Shown in pieces: positions 27,140-47,291 of a stretch of DNA of 64,000 nucleotides. The notes beneath the pieces were generated by a model that searched no databases, was not told the origin of the DNA, and saw only the letters and a program-made list of their open reading frames with translations. Numbering within the stretch: the first letter of the stretch is position 1; each line of letters opens with the position of its first letter. The position numbers and the translations under genes are program-made. The stretch is from Gracilinanus agilis (lineage: Eukaryota), in NCBI RefSeq assembly GCF_016433145.1, contig NC_058130.1, positions 710,116,708 to 710,180,707 on the forward strand, written 5' to 3'.

Positions 27140-30100
27140 TCAGGGCTTCAGTCTCCACACTTCCAGAGACAGGCCCCCAGATGCAGCTACTACCACATTA
27201 CCATCAGCACAGACCTGGCAGAGGGAAATCAGGTACAAACCTTATTGGAATGCAGCGGGGAGAAAACAAGAGTAAAGCAGAGCTTAGGCAAGGAGGCCTT
27301 ACCCCATTAAGAACATTGTGATGGCTTCGGGTACAGATGGTCCGTGGTGGGTCAGTGGGCACATGTACCTGGGGAGGAAAGACCAGGCTCAGAGTGTGGA
27401 GGTGGGGATCTGTAGCTCACTTTGGGAGCCCTGGCCAGCCATTGCTTACCCGAATGGTCTTGTCTGTGGATGTGGTGTAAAGTGACCCCAAGGAATGTTC
27501 AATGCCAGTGATTTGTGACCTATGTCCCACATCAAAGGACTACAGGGAAGAGTATGATACAAGGGATGAAACACGACATGCAGGGTTTTTATCACCCAAC
27601 ACCAGGCCCTGCTCTCCCCACACCCTCTTAACCCTGATCCCAGCTAAGATCATATTCCCAGGGCTCCTCTGCACCACCCCCTTTCCCAACTCCTAGAATG
27701 GAAAACACCCCATACCCCCCCCCCAAAAGGGCTTAGCGATCACCTAGTCCAAACCTGTCATTTAACAGAGGAAGTCTCTGAAAACTTGTGAGATTATTTG
27801 CCATGGTTCACCCTCCAACCCCTGATGTCAGAAGAGAAATGGACAAGGGAGGAGGTTGAGCCAAGGTGAGTAGAACTGAGAAGTAGCGCACCCTAATATG
27901 CTTGAACTGGCCTCCATGGTTCTCAAATACATAGAGCAGGCCTTGGTTGTCCCCAGCCCAGAGCTGCGGCTGCCGATAGGACATGCACAGAAGGTAGGAC
28001 TCCAGCTGGTGGGAAGAAAGGGGAAGGCTCAGGAGAGGAAAAATCAGGCCCTGTCTGCTACTCTACCCCACAGCTGGGTCAGAGGCCAAATGCCACCCCT
28101 CACCCCCATCCAGGATGGGGCCAGGGCAGGGGCAGCATCAGACCTGGATCTGCTCTTCCCCCCAATCCCCAATGGGTCCCAGCACCTGCAGCCGCTGTAG
28201 GACGCTGTTGGTCCGACGCTCAAACACCACCAGTGTTCGGTCCTCACTTCCTGAGATGATGTACTGGTCATCAGCCAGCAAGGCCAGCACAGCACTGGAA
28301 TGCAGCCTTCGGCTCTTCACCAGGGCCTGGCCCGCTATGCCAGGGGTGAGTTAAGCATTAGAATAGCTGATCACTTCCTCCCCTCCCATGGGCTCCAGGT
28401 CCAGGCCAGGTAGATTCTTGGGAAGGTTGCCTTCTGAGACTTGATCAGCCACCCCCAGCTAGCACAAGGAGCTCCTGCTCTCAACTATACATCCCTGGAA
28501 GAGTCTTCTCTTTGTGGCAGACAAAACCCTTTCCTATACTCCCCAGGGGACCCTGCTTTCCCTATCTCTGCCCAGGATTCTGTGGGCCCACCTCGGGGGT
28601 CGTAAACAGTCACTTTCTTATCATAGGTGCCAGTGACCAGGATGTCAGGACGGTAGGAGAGACAGAGTACTGCAGCCTTGCCCCTAGGGAGACAGGAATG
28701 GGGCTGGGGGAAGGAAAGGTGGGCCCTCTGGGCCTTACACTTTTCCATCCCCATAAGGCTTGAACCTTAGCACTCCCTCCCTCGCCCTCACTGCATACCT
28801 GATCTCCCCAAACTGCTGCCCATCAGCCTCCATGTCCCAGAGTTTCACCGTGCTATCCCAGGAGCCCGAGCATACACGGTTATCCTGGGCAGCCAAGGAC
28901 CAGACCCAGCCCTGGAGAATTGGGAGAACATGAAATGCCATTTGGGGGGCACAGGAATAAGCCCAACAGAAAGATCATCCCAAAGCCTGGCTCCCAATCT
29001 TTCACCTTGTGGGTCCCACTCCGCTGGGTACCCAAGGCCTTGACCAGAACCTTGCCTGGCTCTACTCCAAGCTGTCTTAAGTCCCATAGGTTGACATTTC
29101 TGTCCCGGGAGCCAGAGACACAGAGTGCTCCACCCTGAAAGACACAGGTGGAGTATGAAGGCCATAAGAACCATGGAATTTAGAAACAAGAGGACAGGAC
29201 TTAGGAGCTAGATGTGACCTGAGATCATCCAACCCAACCCCATCCAACAGTACAGATTGAAGAAACTGAAGATCAGAAAATTTAATCTGTATGCCCAAGA
29301 TCACAAAGAGCTGGGATTCAAAGCAAGTTCAATTCCAAACCCCAAGTTCTTTCCACCATGCCTAAGATTGGTGTTCAAATTCTGGCTCTGGTAATCAGGA
29401 ATAAACAGCTCTCTGGGTACAGTCACCAACATTCATACAGAAAGTTAAAGTAAGGCCAAGGCATCTTTTAGGAAAAGGCACTTGAGCTGTAACTTGAAGT
29501 GAGTTCAGGAATCCAAGATGCAGAAGTGAAGAATGAGAGCATCCTGGGCAGGCAATAGGAAGAGCTGTGCAGAGATACAGAGGGGAGAGGCACAATTCAC
29601 AGACAAGGAGGAGTTTACACAGCACAGGCTGCAGCTTTAAATGCTCTTTAAAGAGGCTTTTCAAGCAGGAGGGCAAGTCTGACCCGTCCCTTTAGGACTG
29701 TGCATTTGTTAGCTGTGCAGTAGCCAGATATAAAGGGGACAGCGAAGAGGAGGAGACTAGTTGTAACCATGGAGGGTAACAGGTGACAATGACCTGTTAC
29801 TTGGATCTGAGAGAATGTAGAAGAATCAATTGGCTGCTAACTGGATAAAGGAGGGAGAAGAATGCAAGATGGTCGTGCCCTTAACAGAAATGGCCAGTTA
29901 AGAAAAAGGATGGGAGGTTTGGAAAAAAGACCTGATGACTTCATTTTGGGACAGGTAGCTTTGGAAATGTTTGGGAGAGGTCCTGCAATGGCCACTCACA
30001 GCTCACAACAGTCAACTTTTAACTTCTATTTTCTCATCTATCAAGTCTACTCCTTGCACTCTATCCCTTAGAGGTTAGGCTTTGTAATCCTACAGTCAGA

Positions 30101-30992
30101 AATCTAATGTTACCTTTGCTAAGGTCTCTTGCAGCTCTAAGTCCTACAGTTCAAATCTAGATTCCCTCCGGCCTCCCCAGGCCAGAGACTTGCCTTGTCC
30201 TCACCTGCAGCAGGAGCACAGAGTCAATGGAGGCGAAGTGGCCATCAGATAAGCAGAAGTATTCCGCCCGACGCCCATCATCTGCCCAACCGGCCAAGTG
30301 CTCCTCTAATTCGATGCAGGCAGCTGGCCAGTCAAAGTCCTCCTCTGGGAGGGGAGCGGGGGAGGCGGGGTAGTGAGGTCTGAACCACACCCCATCCAGA
30401 AAGCCTGTCTTCTCTAGGGCTCCCTCCTCACCACAGCCTCACTACCCAATTTTACAACCCTCTCCTCCCAGACCCATGGCCAGGGTAACAACTCGGTGCA
30501 CCCAAAGGACTCCAGGCCCCACACCCAGTAAAGTCCCACGATTAACAAAGGTTCGGTTTGGGTCCCTCCCCATGCCCTCGCACCTTCCACCACAGGGTAG
30601 GGCCCACCCAGGAGCTTCTGCACGCGGATCTTCCACATGACCTGGTCCTGGACAATATCTCGGAGGGACCTGCACACCAAGGGCAGGACCTCCAGCACCA
30701 GCCTTGCCTCGAGGTAGGAACAGATCTCCAGGATCAGCTCCAGCGGCAGGCCCAGCAGCCCCGACGCGGCCGGGCCGGTCTCCCCGCCGGGGGAAAGCCT
30801 GGACTCGCGCCACAGCTCAGCAGGGGGTGGCCGGGGACTAACCACGGGCGGTGGGGCCAGGACCGCGCGGGCCAGAGCTGGGCCAGGCGAGCCCAAAACT
30901 CGGTCGATGTACTCCTGGGCTTGGGCGTCGGGGTCCATCTCGGGATCCGAGTCTTCATCCCAGTCCTGGGAGTCGTCGGGGGGCGGCTCCAT
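27140..30992 (-). CDS. FBXW9: F-box/WD repeat protein 9, 10 coding exons, 458 aa
   Basis: Exons 30584-30992, 30205-30344, 29006-29134, 28799-28911, 28592-28683, 28186-28334, 27892-28005, 27450-27539, 27303-27368, 27140-27214 (1377 nt). F-box [16 protein letters not shown]; WD repeats ([38 protein letters not shown]). Confidence 0.97.
29420..30000 (-). mobile_element. L2 LINE fragment in FBXW9 intron 2
   Basis: Decayed purine-rich L2 reverse-complement pattern (TTCATTTTGGGACAGGTAGCTTTGGAAATG). Confidence 0.5.
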
Positions 30993-31379
30993 GCCAGCGA
31001 GACACCCTTGGGGGGCGGAGGTGAGGGGAACAGCACCCTGAGAGCATACGATCACAGGATGAGGCTGGAAGGGCCCCCTCGGGCCGCTCAATCCAACCCC
31101 CTCACTTTACGCAGGAAGACACGGTGCCTCAAATCAGTGAAGTGATTCGCCCAGTGTCACACGAGCAGTAAACGGCAGAGGCAGTACTCATTCCAATCCA
31201 GCGCTCTTCCCACCTCGCCGCGCGGCACTATGGGAGTCCTGGGTCTGGGGCGAGAGGAGCCCGGGGGATGGGAGTGAGGACGGAGGACGGGCTTAAGGGT
31301 CTCTCCCACAGCCACCCCACCTCCCACCTGTCACCTGTCACCCACTCCGCCGCCACTACCCCTGCTGCATTCCGTCTCC

Positions 31380-31430
31380 AAGGCACCAGGAGTCACTTCC
31401 GGCGCCGGCTGATGACGTAGAGGAAGGCAG
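31380..31430 (-). promoter_or_regulatory. FBXW9 promoter elements
   Basis: ETS CACTTCCGG at about 31395 and CRE-like TGACGT at about 31413, in a CpG-rich stretch upstream of the FBXW9 first coding exon. Confidence 0.5.
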
Positions 31431-31629
31431 TACCACAGAACGGGAGGCGCCACCTGTGCTGATGGACTCTCGAATACTTCGGAATGCCGAGCCCACCAGA
31501 CCGTGACCATTCATTCCTCTTCTTGGCAGGTGGCCCCACCCTTCCGACCCCGCCCCACCCAACCCGGCTCCAGCAGGCGGTCCCACCCTTCCGACCCTCG
31601 GGCAGACACAAAGGCAGAGGCAAAAAACT

Positions 31630-31966
31630 TGAGTCACAAGAAACTGGTTTTTAGTCAACAAAAAAAAATTATACATAAAATGAGAAAAATCTCATTGGAG
31701 CAAAGGTGCAAGCAGTTGCTTCAACACTAATCCACAGCAGTTTTACCATAGGAAACATTACAGCACATTTACAAATGTACAAATCGAGGATTCAACAGAC
31801 AGGAGGCTAAAAACTAGAGTCAGCACCGTCACCCAGGCCAAGCAAACTCCCGAAATCAGAAACTAACTCAAACAGAGGCAGAGGCAGTTGGATCATGGAG
31901 CTTTAACTTCATCGTGAAAAAAAAAATTAAATAAAACAAACTAAAAAAATTAAATAATCTGGAAAG

Positions 31967-32001
<35 letters not shown>

Positions 32002-34265
32002 GCACCGCTGTCCCTTTCTCTGGGTCCCTCAGAGCCTAAGCATGGACCTCCCTCATCCTGAGTGAAAAAACGCCTAGCCTGGATGCTACAAGACTATACC
32101 TCAAGCACCCCAGGGGAAAAGGCTCTCCAAAAACAAAACAAAAAAAAAACAGAATTTAAAAAATAAAATTAACAAAATAAAATTTAAAAAAACATTTGTA
32201 AACGGCTCCCAGAGACCTGCTCGAGTTTTTACGCGATTTTATAAAATTAAATTAAAAATCTGAGCTGAGGAATGTGCGTGACACCACGCTTGAAATGGTG
32301 AATGAGGGATGGAAGAGAAATGGAAGGGAATGACAGGCTCTGACTCAAAAGATACAGGATTCCCCATCCTGAGATGGAAGGCAGGCATAAGTCCCAGGGC
32401 ATCACCTAAGAAAAGGGAGATCTTGGCCCCTAGAGAAGGGCTGACAAAAGACACCAAAATCCAAGAACAGAGGAGACAAGAGGGAGCAGAAAGCCACTGG
32501 AATGTTTCCCAGTTGAGTTTGCTTCCATCAAAGCCCATTTGTGACACCTCTCCAGGGGCTACAGCACTGATCCCTCCTCATTGTAATCCCTTAGTCTTTT
32601 GCCCACATCTGGGGTCCACCAGGATACTGACAGTTCCCAGGCCCAGAAAAAAACCCCACCAGACCTCATTTCCTTAGGTTCGGGTTGGGCAGCATTTATA
32701 GAGGTCCCTATCCTAGTTTCCACAAAGCAATGTCTGCCTCAAATAACCACTTCTCACTCACTTCTCCCCTCTGGGCTCTTATTAAGGACTGAGGGAATGA
32801 ATAAGTAGAAATTCTATGGGTCATCTATTTCACTTTTCCCCTCTCACTCTGATTCACAAGGGCTCTGACTTCCCACTGCCACCACTTGGCTGACAATTCC
32901 CAGCAAGTAAACCACCCAGAAGAAAGCTTTTCTTGGCTATGGTCAAAGCTGGTTCCAGCCATTGTCCCAATACCAAAAATGTTAAATAAAATGAGACAAG
33001 AAAAGGATGGCCCTGAGGCCTGAACAGGACAGAAAAGGAAACAGGAAGGAACCCCTAAGACTGTCCTATCAACATTTCTAGGAGAGAGAAAGAAGAGATA
33101 CTAAGTTGTATTCATTCAGTTTATGCTCTGATATCTTAGGGCTCATCCACATATGGGGAACCAACAGTGGTAGAGAAGCAAAGTCTTCCTCCCTGTGGGA
33201 AGATTGCTAGGTAGCCTCAAGATGGAGGCTGGGAGACAGTTGACCCAAGTTGAAGGGGCTCACCTTATGCTCCGAACACGCCACATCTCCCAGCTGCTAC
33301 CTGCTTCCCCTTCTGTCCCCCCTCCCCCCACTGGGTTTGAAAGGGAAAGGTGAAGTAAACGCAATAGCAGCAGCAGCACGATACAGGTGTACAACCGGTG
33401 AGAGGAGAATTCGCTGAGCAGTAGCTTTAAAAGCATGCGTCTCTACAGTGCTGACCAGCGTAGCGGGGCCCAGGGCCCAGGAAATGGCTGCCCTCCTGGA
33501 TGAATCATTGGGCTAGACAGCCCAGAGGAGGACCTGTACCTTCTTTTTCTCCCTCCCCACCCCACGGCCCCAAGGCACTGGGCTCTTGCCAGTTGGGACC
33601 CTCTGTCATGGCATTCTTCAGACCAATGCACAGCACCTATTACAGAAGCATCTTAAACTCTAGATGAAGGTTACATTTAAGTCATTATGGCCTAACTCAC
33701 AGGATTCGCTACTCTAAATGTCACCATGCAGTCAGGGAAAAAGGTGGGAGAACCAGGCAAAGCCCCACTCCCACCAATCTGGATGCACCATAATCCCCAC
33801 AGCGACACCCCCCACCCCGCCAGACTGATGGGCAGTACCAGAATAGTGGCTGCTTGTTCTATTTTTCCTTTCGTTTTTAAACGTTTTTTAACCCTACTCC
33901 GTGCGCACGAGAGAGACCACCTGTGTCAGTGTCTCTCGGATCACTAGAACAATTCCCTTTCCCCGTTTGTTTCCCCTTCTTCCTCCTCTTCCTCCTCCAA
34001 AACAAGATCCTGTTGCAGCGAGTCCTCCCCCCACCCACCGCCCCCCGTGTGGCTGGCACTGCTCAGGCTTCTGCCAGAGATGAAAGCCCCTGGTTTGTAG
34101 AATGAGCGTGGAGGCCCCCCACCCCCCACCCCCGCAATGGCAGGAAGACGGGAAGTCGTTTAGTTTTGTGTCCCACGTACTCCTCCCTAACCCCCCACTG
34201 ACAGGGCACTGCAACACCTGGATGCTGATGAGCTCCCAGCAACCCCTCCCAACGCCGTCAGGAAC
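31630..34265 (-). other. TNPO2: TNPO2 terminal non-coding (3' UTR) exon
   Basis: Donor AG|GTAAGA at 34418, 25 nt after the stop; acceptor ctctctttgcccccag at 34266. Long U-rich UTR; variant signal ACTAAA at 31650-31655 followed by a GU/U-rich tract. Confidence 0.6.
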
Positions 34266-34443
34266 CTGGGGGCAAAGAGAGAGGAGGAAGGAGTGTCAGC
34301 AACAGGGCCCAGTCCCCAGTGTCCAGAGCCCCAGGCTGCTCCCAATAGCAGCTTCACCTCTCTTCCACCCTTCTCCAGAATGGGCCTCACAGGCTACTCC
34401 TGGAGGCCTGGGTCTTACCTAGTGCGTGGTCTCCCAGCTTCAC

Positions 34444-43925
<9,482 letters not shown>

Positions 43926-44466
43926 TTAGAACCTCCCGGGTAGGTCCTGGTCACATAAGTGGACACCAGTGCTGGCCCTCACAGGGGAGGGCGGAGATGA
44001 GGAGGCAGAAAAGTCCCTGGGGCCACGTGGGGAGGCCAGGGGAAGGGGGGGGAGGGGCGCAGCAGCAACTACAACAAGAGCCAGAGCTGATCACTCCCCC
44101 ACACCCCGCTCTCTGCTAGAGGTCCCCGAAGCGCTGGCCCCAGGGAGAAAGGAAGAGGGCCTCGGTCCCTCCTGGGCTGAGCCGGGGGAAAGACGAGAAG
44201 GGGGGGGGGGGAGGTGCCAAGAGGAGGGTGCACGCTGGCCTGAGGCCTCAGCCCTCCGCACCCCCATCCATCTGGGCCGCCGCCGTCGCGCCGAACCACC
44301 TCCTCGCTGCTTGCCCCGCTCTCCCCAGCTCCGGGCCCGGGCCCACTAACAGGCCAGGCCGCTCCCCGAGGCCCAGCTTCGGCCCCGGAGCGCCTGCTCC
44401 CTCACAACAGGCCACAGCTGGCAGCCGGCTGGACCGGGGGCCGTAGGCTCAGGCCGAACCACTCAC

Positions 44467-44680
44467 CGGGACCCGACGATGACCAGGGCAGCGGAGACTA
44501 CGGCGGCGGCGGCGGCGGCGACGGCGGCGGCGACTCCTCGCTCTGCGGCTTCTCCCGAGACACACACGGGGAGGAGCGAGGAAGCGAATAAAAAATAAAA
44601 AAAAAAAAAAAAAAAAGGGAACGCGACTTGGCCTGAGCCGCAGCGGCTTCCGTCCACCGTTCAAACTGTCTCCCTTTAGC
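44467..44680 (-). other. TNPO2: TNPO2 non-coding first exon
   Basis: GC-rich with a (GCC)n tract, donor CCG|GTGAGT at 44466; acceptor ccttttag at 43892 sits 14 nt before the Kozak ACCATGG. Confidence 0.6.
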
Positions 44681-44845
44681 CAATCAAAACTCTGGGCGGG
44701 CCCAGGGACACGAGAGGAGGGAGGAAGGCGAAAGGCGCCGGGCGGTGGTGGGAAAGGAAGAAGAGGCGGAGCATATTCTCGAGGGTGTCACGTGATCAGC
44801 GACTGAAGCGGAACCAGAAGAGGGACTCTGTCACGTGATGAGGGA
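44680..44845 (-). promoter_or_regulatory. TNPO2 promoter
   Basis: CCAAT at about 44681, GC box GGGCGGG at about 44695, two GTCACGTGAT E-boxes at 44787-44796 and 44830-44839. Confidence 0.6.
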
Positions 44846-46115
44846 GACACCACCCCCCACCCCCCACTTCTTGGGTCTCTCTAGCCTTTCAGTCCTCCAG
44901 TCTCTCTACCTTTCCATCCCTGCACATATACTGGAGTGAGTGATCCCGGTGTTCTATGTGTCGAAGAGTCATGTATCCTCATCTTCAAGATCCAGAAGCC
45001 TCGTTTCTTATCCAGGGCCACCCTCTTTTCCCCTGCTACATTTCCTCTCACCCTTCCTGAGGTCCAGCTCTACCACTATGGGCTGTATAACTTTGAACAA
45101 ATTAACATGTCTGGGTCTCAGATTCATCATGTGAAAAATGAGAGGGCGATCACCTGTAAAGATTCTCTTCCAGCTCTGTCTATTATTAACCTATAAATGC
45201 AATTAATTGTTTCAGGAGCACTTTGGATATATATTACCTCCTGTTCCAGACTAGCCTTCCAAATTCCCTGATTTGACTTGTTTCCTTCTCCATAAAATGA
45301 AGTGATTGAAGAAGATCCCTTTTAGCTCACTGTTTCCATGATTCCAGGGTTCATACATACTAATAATCTTCCATTCCTGCCCCTTACCCTCCCCAGGTTT
45401 CCTTGTTTCTTGACTTTTTTCCTCTTATACCATTCTTCCTCAGACTTTCTGCTGCCAGCTTCCTAAAGCCCAAGGCCAAGCAGGTATGTAAGAAGGTAGT
45501 TGTCATTTTGTTTGGTCTGTGAGTTCTGAATCATCACCTCCAGGGCAGAGATTTGAAGAACTTAATTTATTGTTTTGTTTTGTTTTTTCAGTAGCTTCCA
45601 TCCATCAAATATCTTAATCATCCCAATGTTTAGGAAAATAGGAGAGAATGGGAGGTAAAATGGAGACAACTAACACAAAGGCCTGAGGGAGAATGAGCTG
45701 GCCATTGTAACAATTGAAAAGGCCAGCCAGAGTGGAGGAGAGTAGATTAGGGCATACTGGGACTGTCGACATCTATAATGGGGAAATCCTGGCTCTAAGG
45801 ATCTTGGATTTAGGCTCCTGGGCAAGGAAAAGGATGTGTGTGTAATTGTAGAGATTAATTAAAAGGAGAAGCAATTCTCTTTTCATAAAGAGACCTCTGC
45901 TGGAATTTCCATTATTAGGGGCATAAGAAAGAACCAATGAACAGTATGAATTAGGATTGTGACCATCACCCTATTGTTTAAAGAGAGTAGAGAGTAAAGA
46001 GCAATTTGAGGTGGAAGGACCTGAAATTTGATCTTTAGCTTGGTGTGTAATTTTAGATAAACATCTTCTCCGTTGCTTCAGTTTCCTACTCTCTAAAATA
46101 AAAGGGGTGGAGGTG

Positions 46116-46500
46116 GGGAGCTAGGTAGTATACTAGATAGACTGAGAGTCAGAAGGATCTGGTTCAAATCTAGGCTTAGATACTTCCTAGTTTTGTGACC
46201 CTGGGCAAATCTCTTAACACCAATTGCCTAGCTCTTCACACTCTTCTGTCTTATAATTGATCCTAACACAAAAGGTAAGGGTTTTAAAATATATATAATA
46301 AAGTAGGAGGCAACTAGGTAGCTCAGTGGATTGAGAGTCCAGAGATGGGAGGTCCTGGGTTCAAATGTGACCACAGACACTTCCTAGCTGGGTGACCCTG
46401 TGCAAGTCCCTTAACCCCCATTGCCTAACCCTTACCACTCTTCTGCTTTGGAAGGTAAGGGTTTAAAAAATATATGTGTGTATGTACACACACACACTCC
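46116..46500 (+). mobile_element. Two tandem SINE1-type SINEs between the TNPO2 and RNF11-like promoters
   Basis: Two consecutive bodies, about 46116-46300 and 46305-46500, with (TA)/(CA) tails. Confidence 0.85.
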
Positions 46501-46939
46501 TATATATAAAATAAAGTAGGGTCTAAATCATGATTCTATGAACTCCCTGGGGTTCCGTAGTCTTTGCAGCCTAGGCCCAAGGGAGGTTTTGCACTTCCTA
46601 GAACCTTCCTGAGTTCCCAGAAGGATCCTGAAAGACAACTTAGGGTTGAACAAACGATCAAGGCCCCAGCTTGCTATAATGAAAGGGCTGCCAAGATAAG
46701 AATGAGGAAGAATAGAAAGGTTTCTTTCTCTCTTTTATCCTACTCTGGGCTCAAGGGCTTTGCCTTCATTCTTTCCACAAATATTTTTCAAAACTAGGAC
46801 ACCTGCCATGAAAAATTACAATAGAAGGCTGGATTCTGTCCAAACAGCTAACAGCCGCTTACCGCCATCCCCTCATCACTTTAGATGTCACTATAGGTGC
46901 CCCAGGTCTACAGAGCTTTAGGGTCTCAACCGAGGCCAA

Positions 46940-47290
46940 AAGCAAAAACACGTGGTTCCCGCCCCCCTCCCGCTGCCCGCATGGAAGCGAGAGGAAGCAG
47001 CTCGCTTTCGCGTGCACATGCGCATGTGAAGCCCTGCTCCTTGCTCAGTTTCATGCCCCTCCCCCGAGCGCACCCGTAACTACAACTCCCACGATGCTCT
47101 GCGCCTCGAGCTGGGGCACTTCCGGCCAGGGCTGTAAACAGCAGTGAGTCCTAGCTGGGCCGGGAGCCCCGGCGGTGGAGGGAGGATGGCGGGGCCCGGT
47201 CTGCCTGGGGTCCCCGGAGCTGGAACGAACGCCGGGGCCTGGGTACCCGGAAGGAGGGGCCTCGGCCGCCGCTGAGCGGGCCGGGCCGGG
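46940..47290 (+). promoter_or_regulatory. CpG-island promoter/5' UTR of the RNF11-like gene
   Basis: E-box CACGTG 46949-46954; NRF1-like palindrome CACATGCGCATGTG at about 47015; ZNF143/THAP11 composite ACTACAACTCCCACGATGC 47079-47097; ETS CACTTCCGG 47117-47125. Confidence 0.7.
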
Positions 47291-47291
47291 C

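Noticed and set aside
30558-31145. 195-aa plus-strand ORF opposite FBXW9 exon 1
   Set aside because: Antisense shadow of GC-rich coding sequence.
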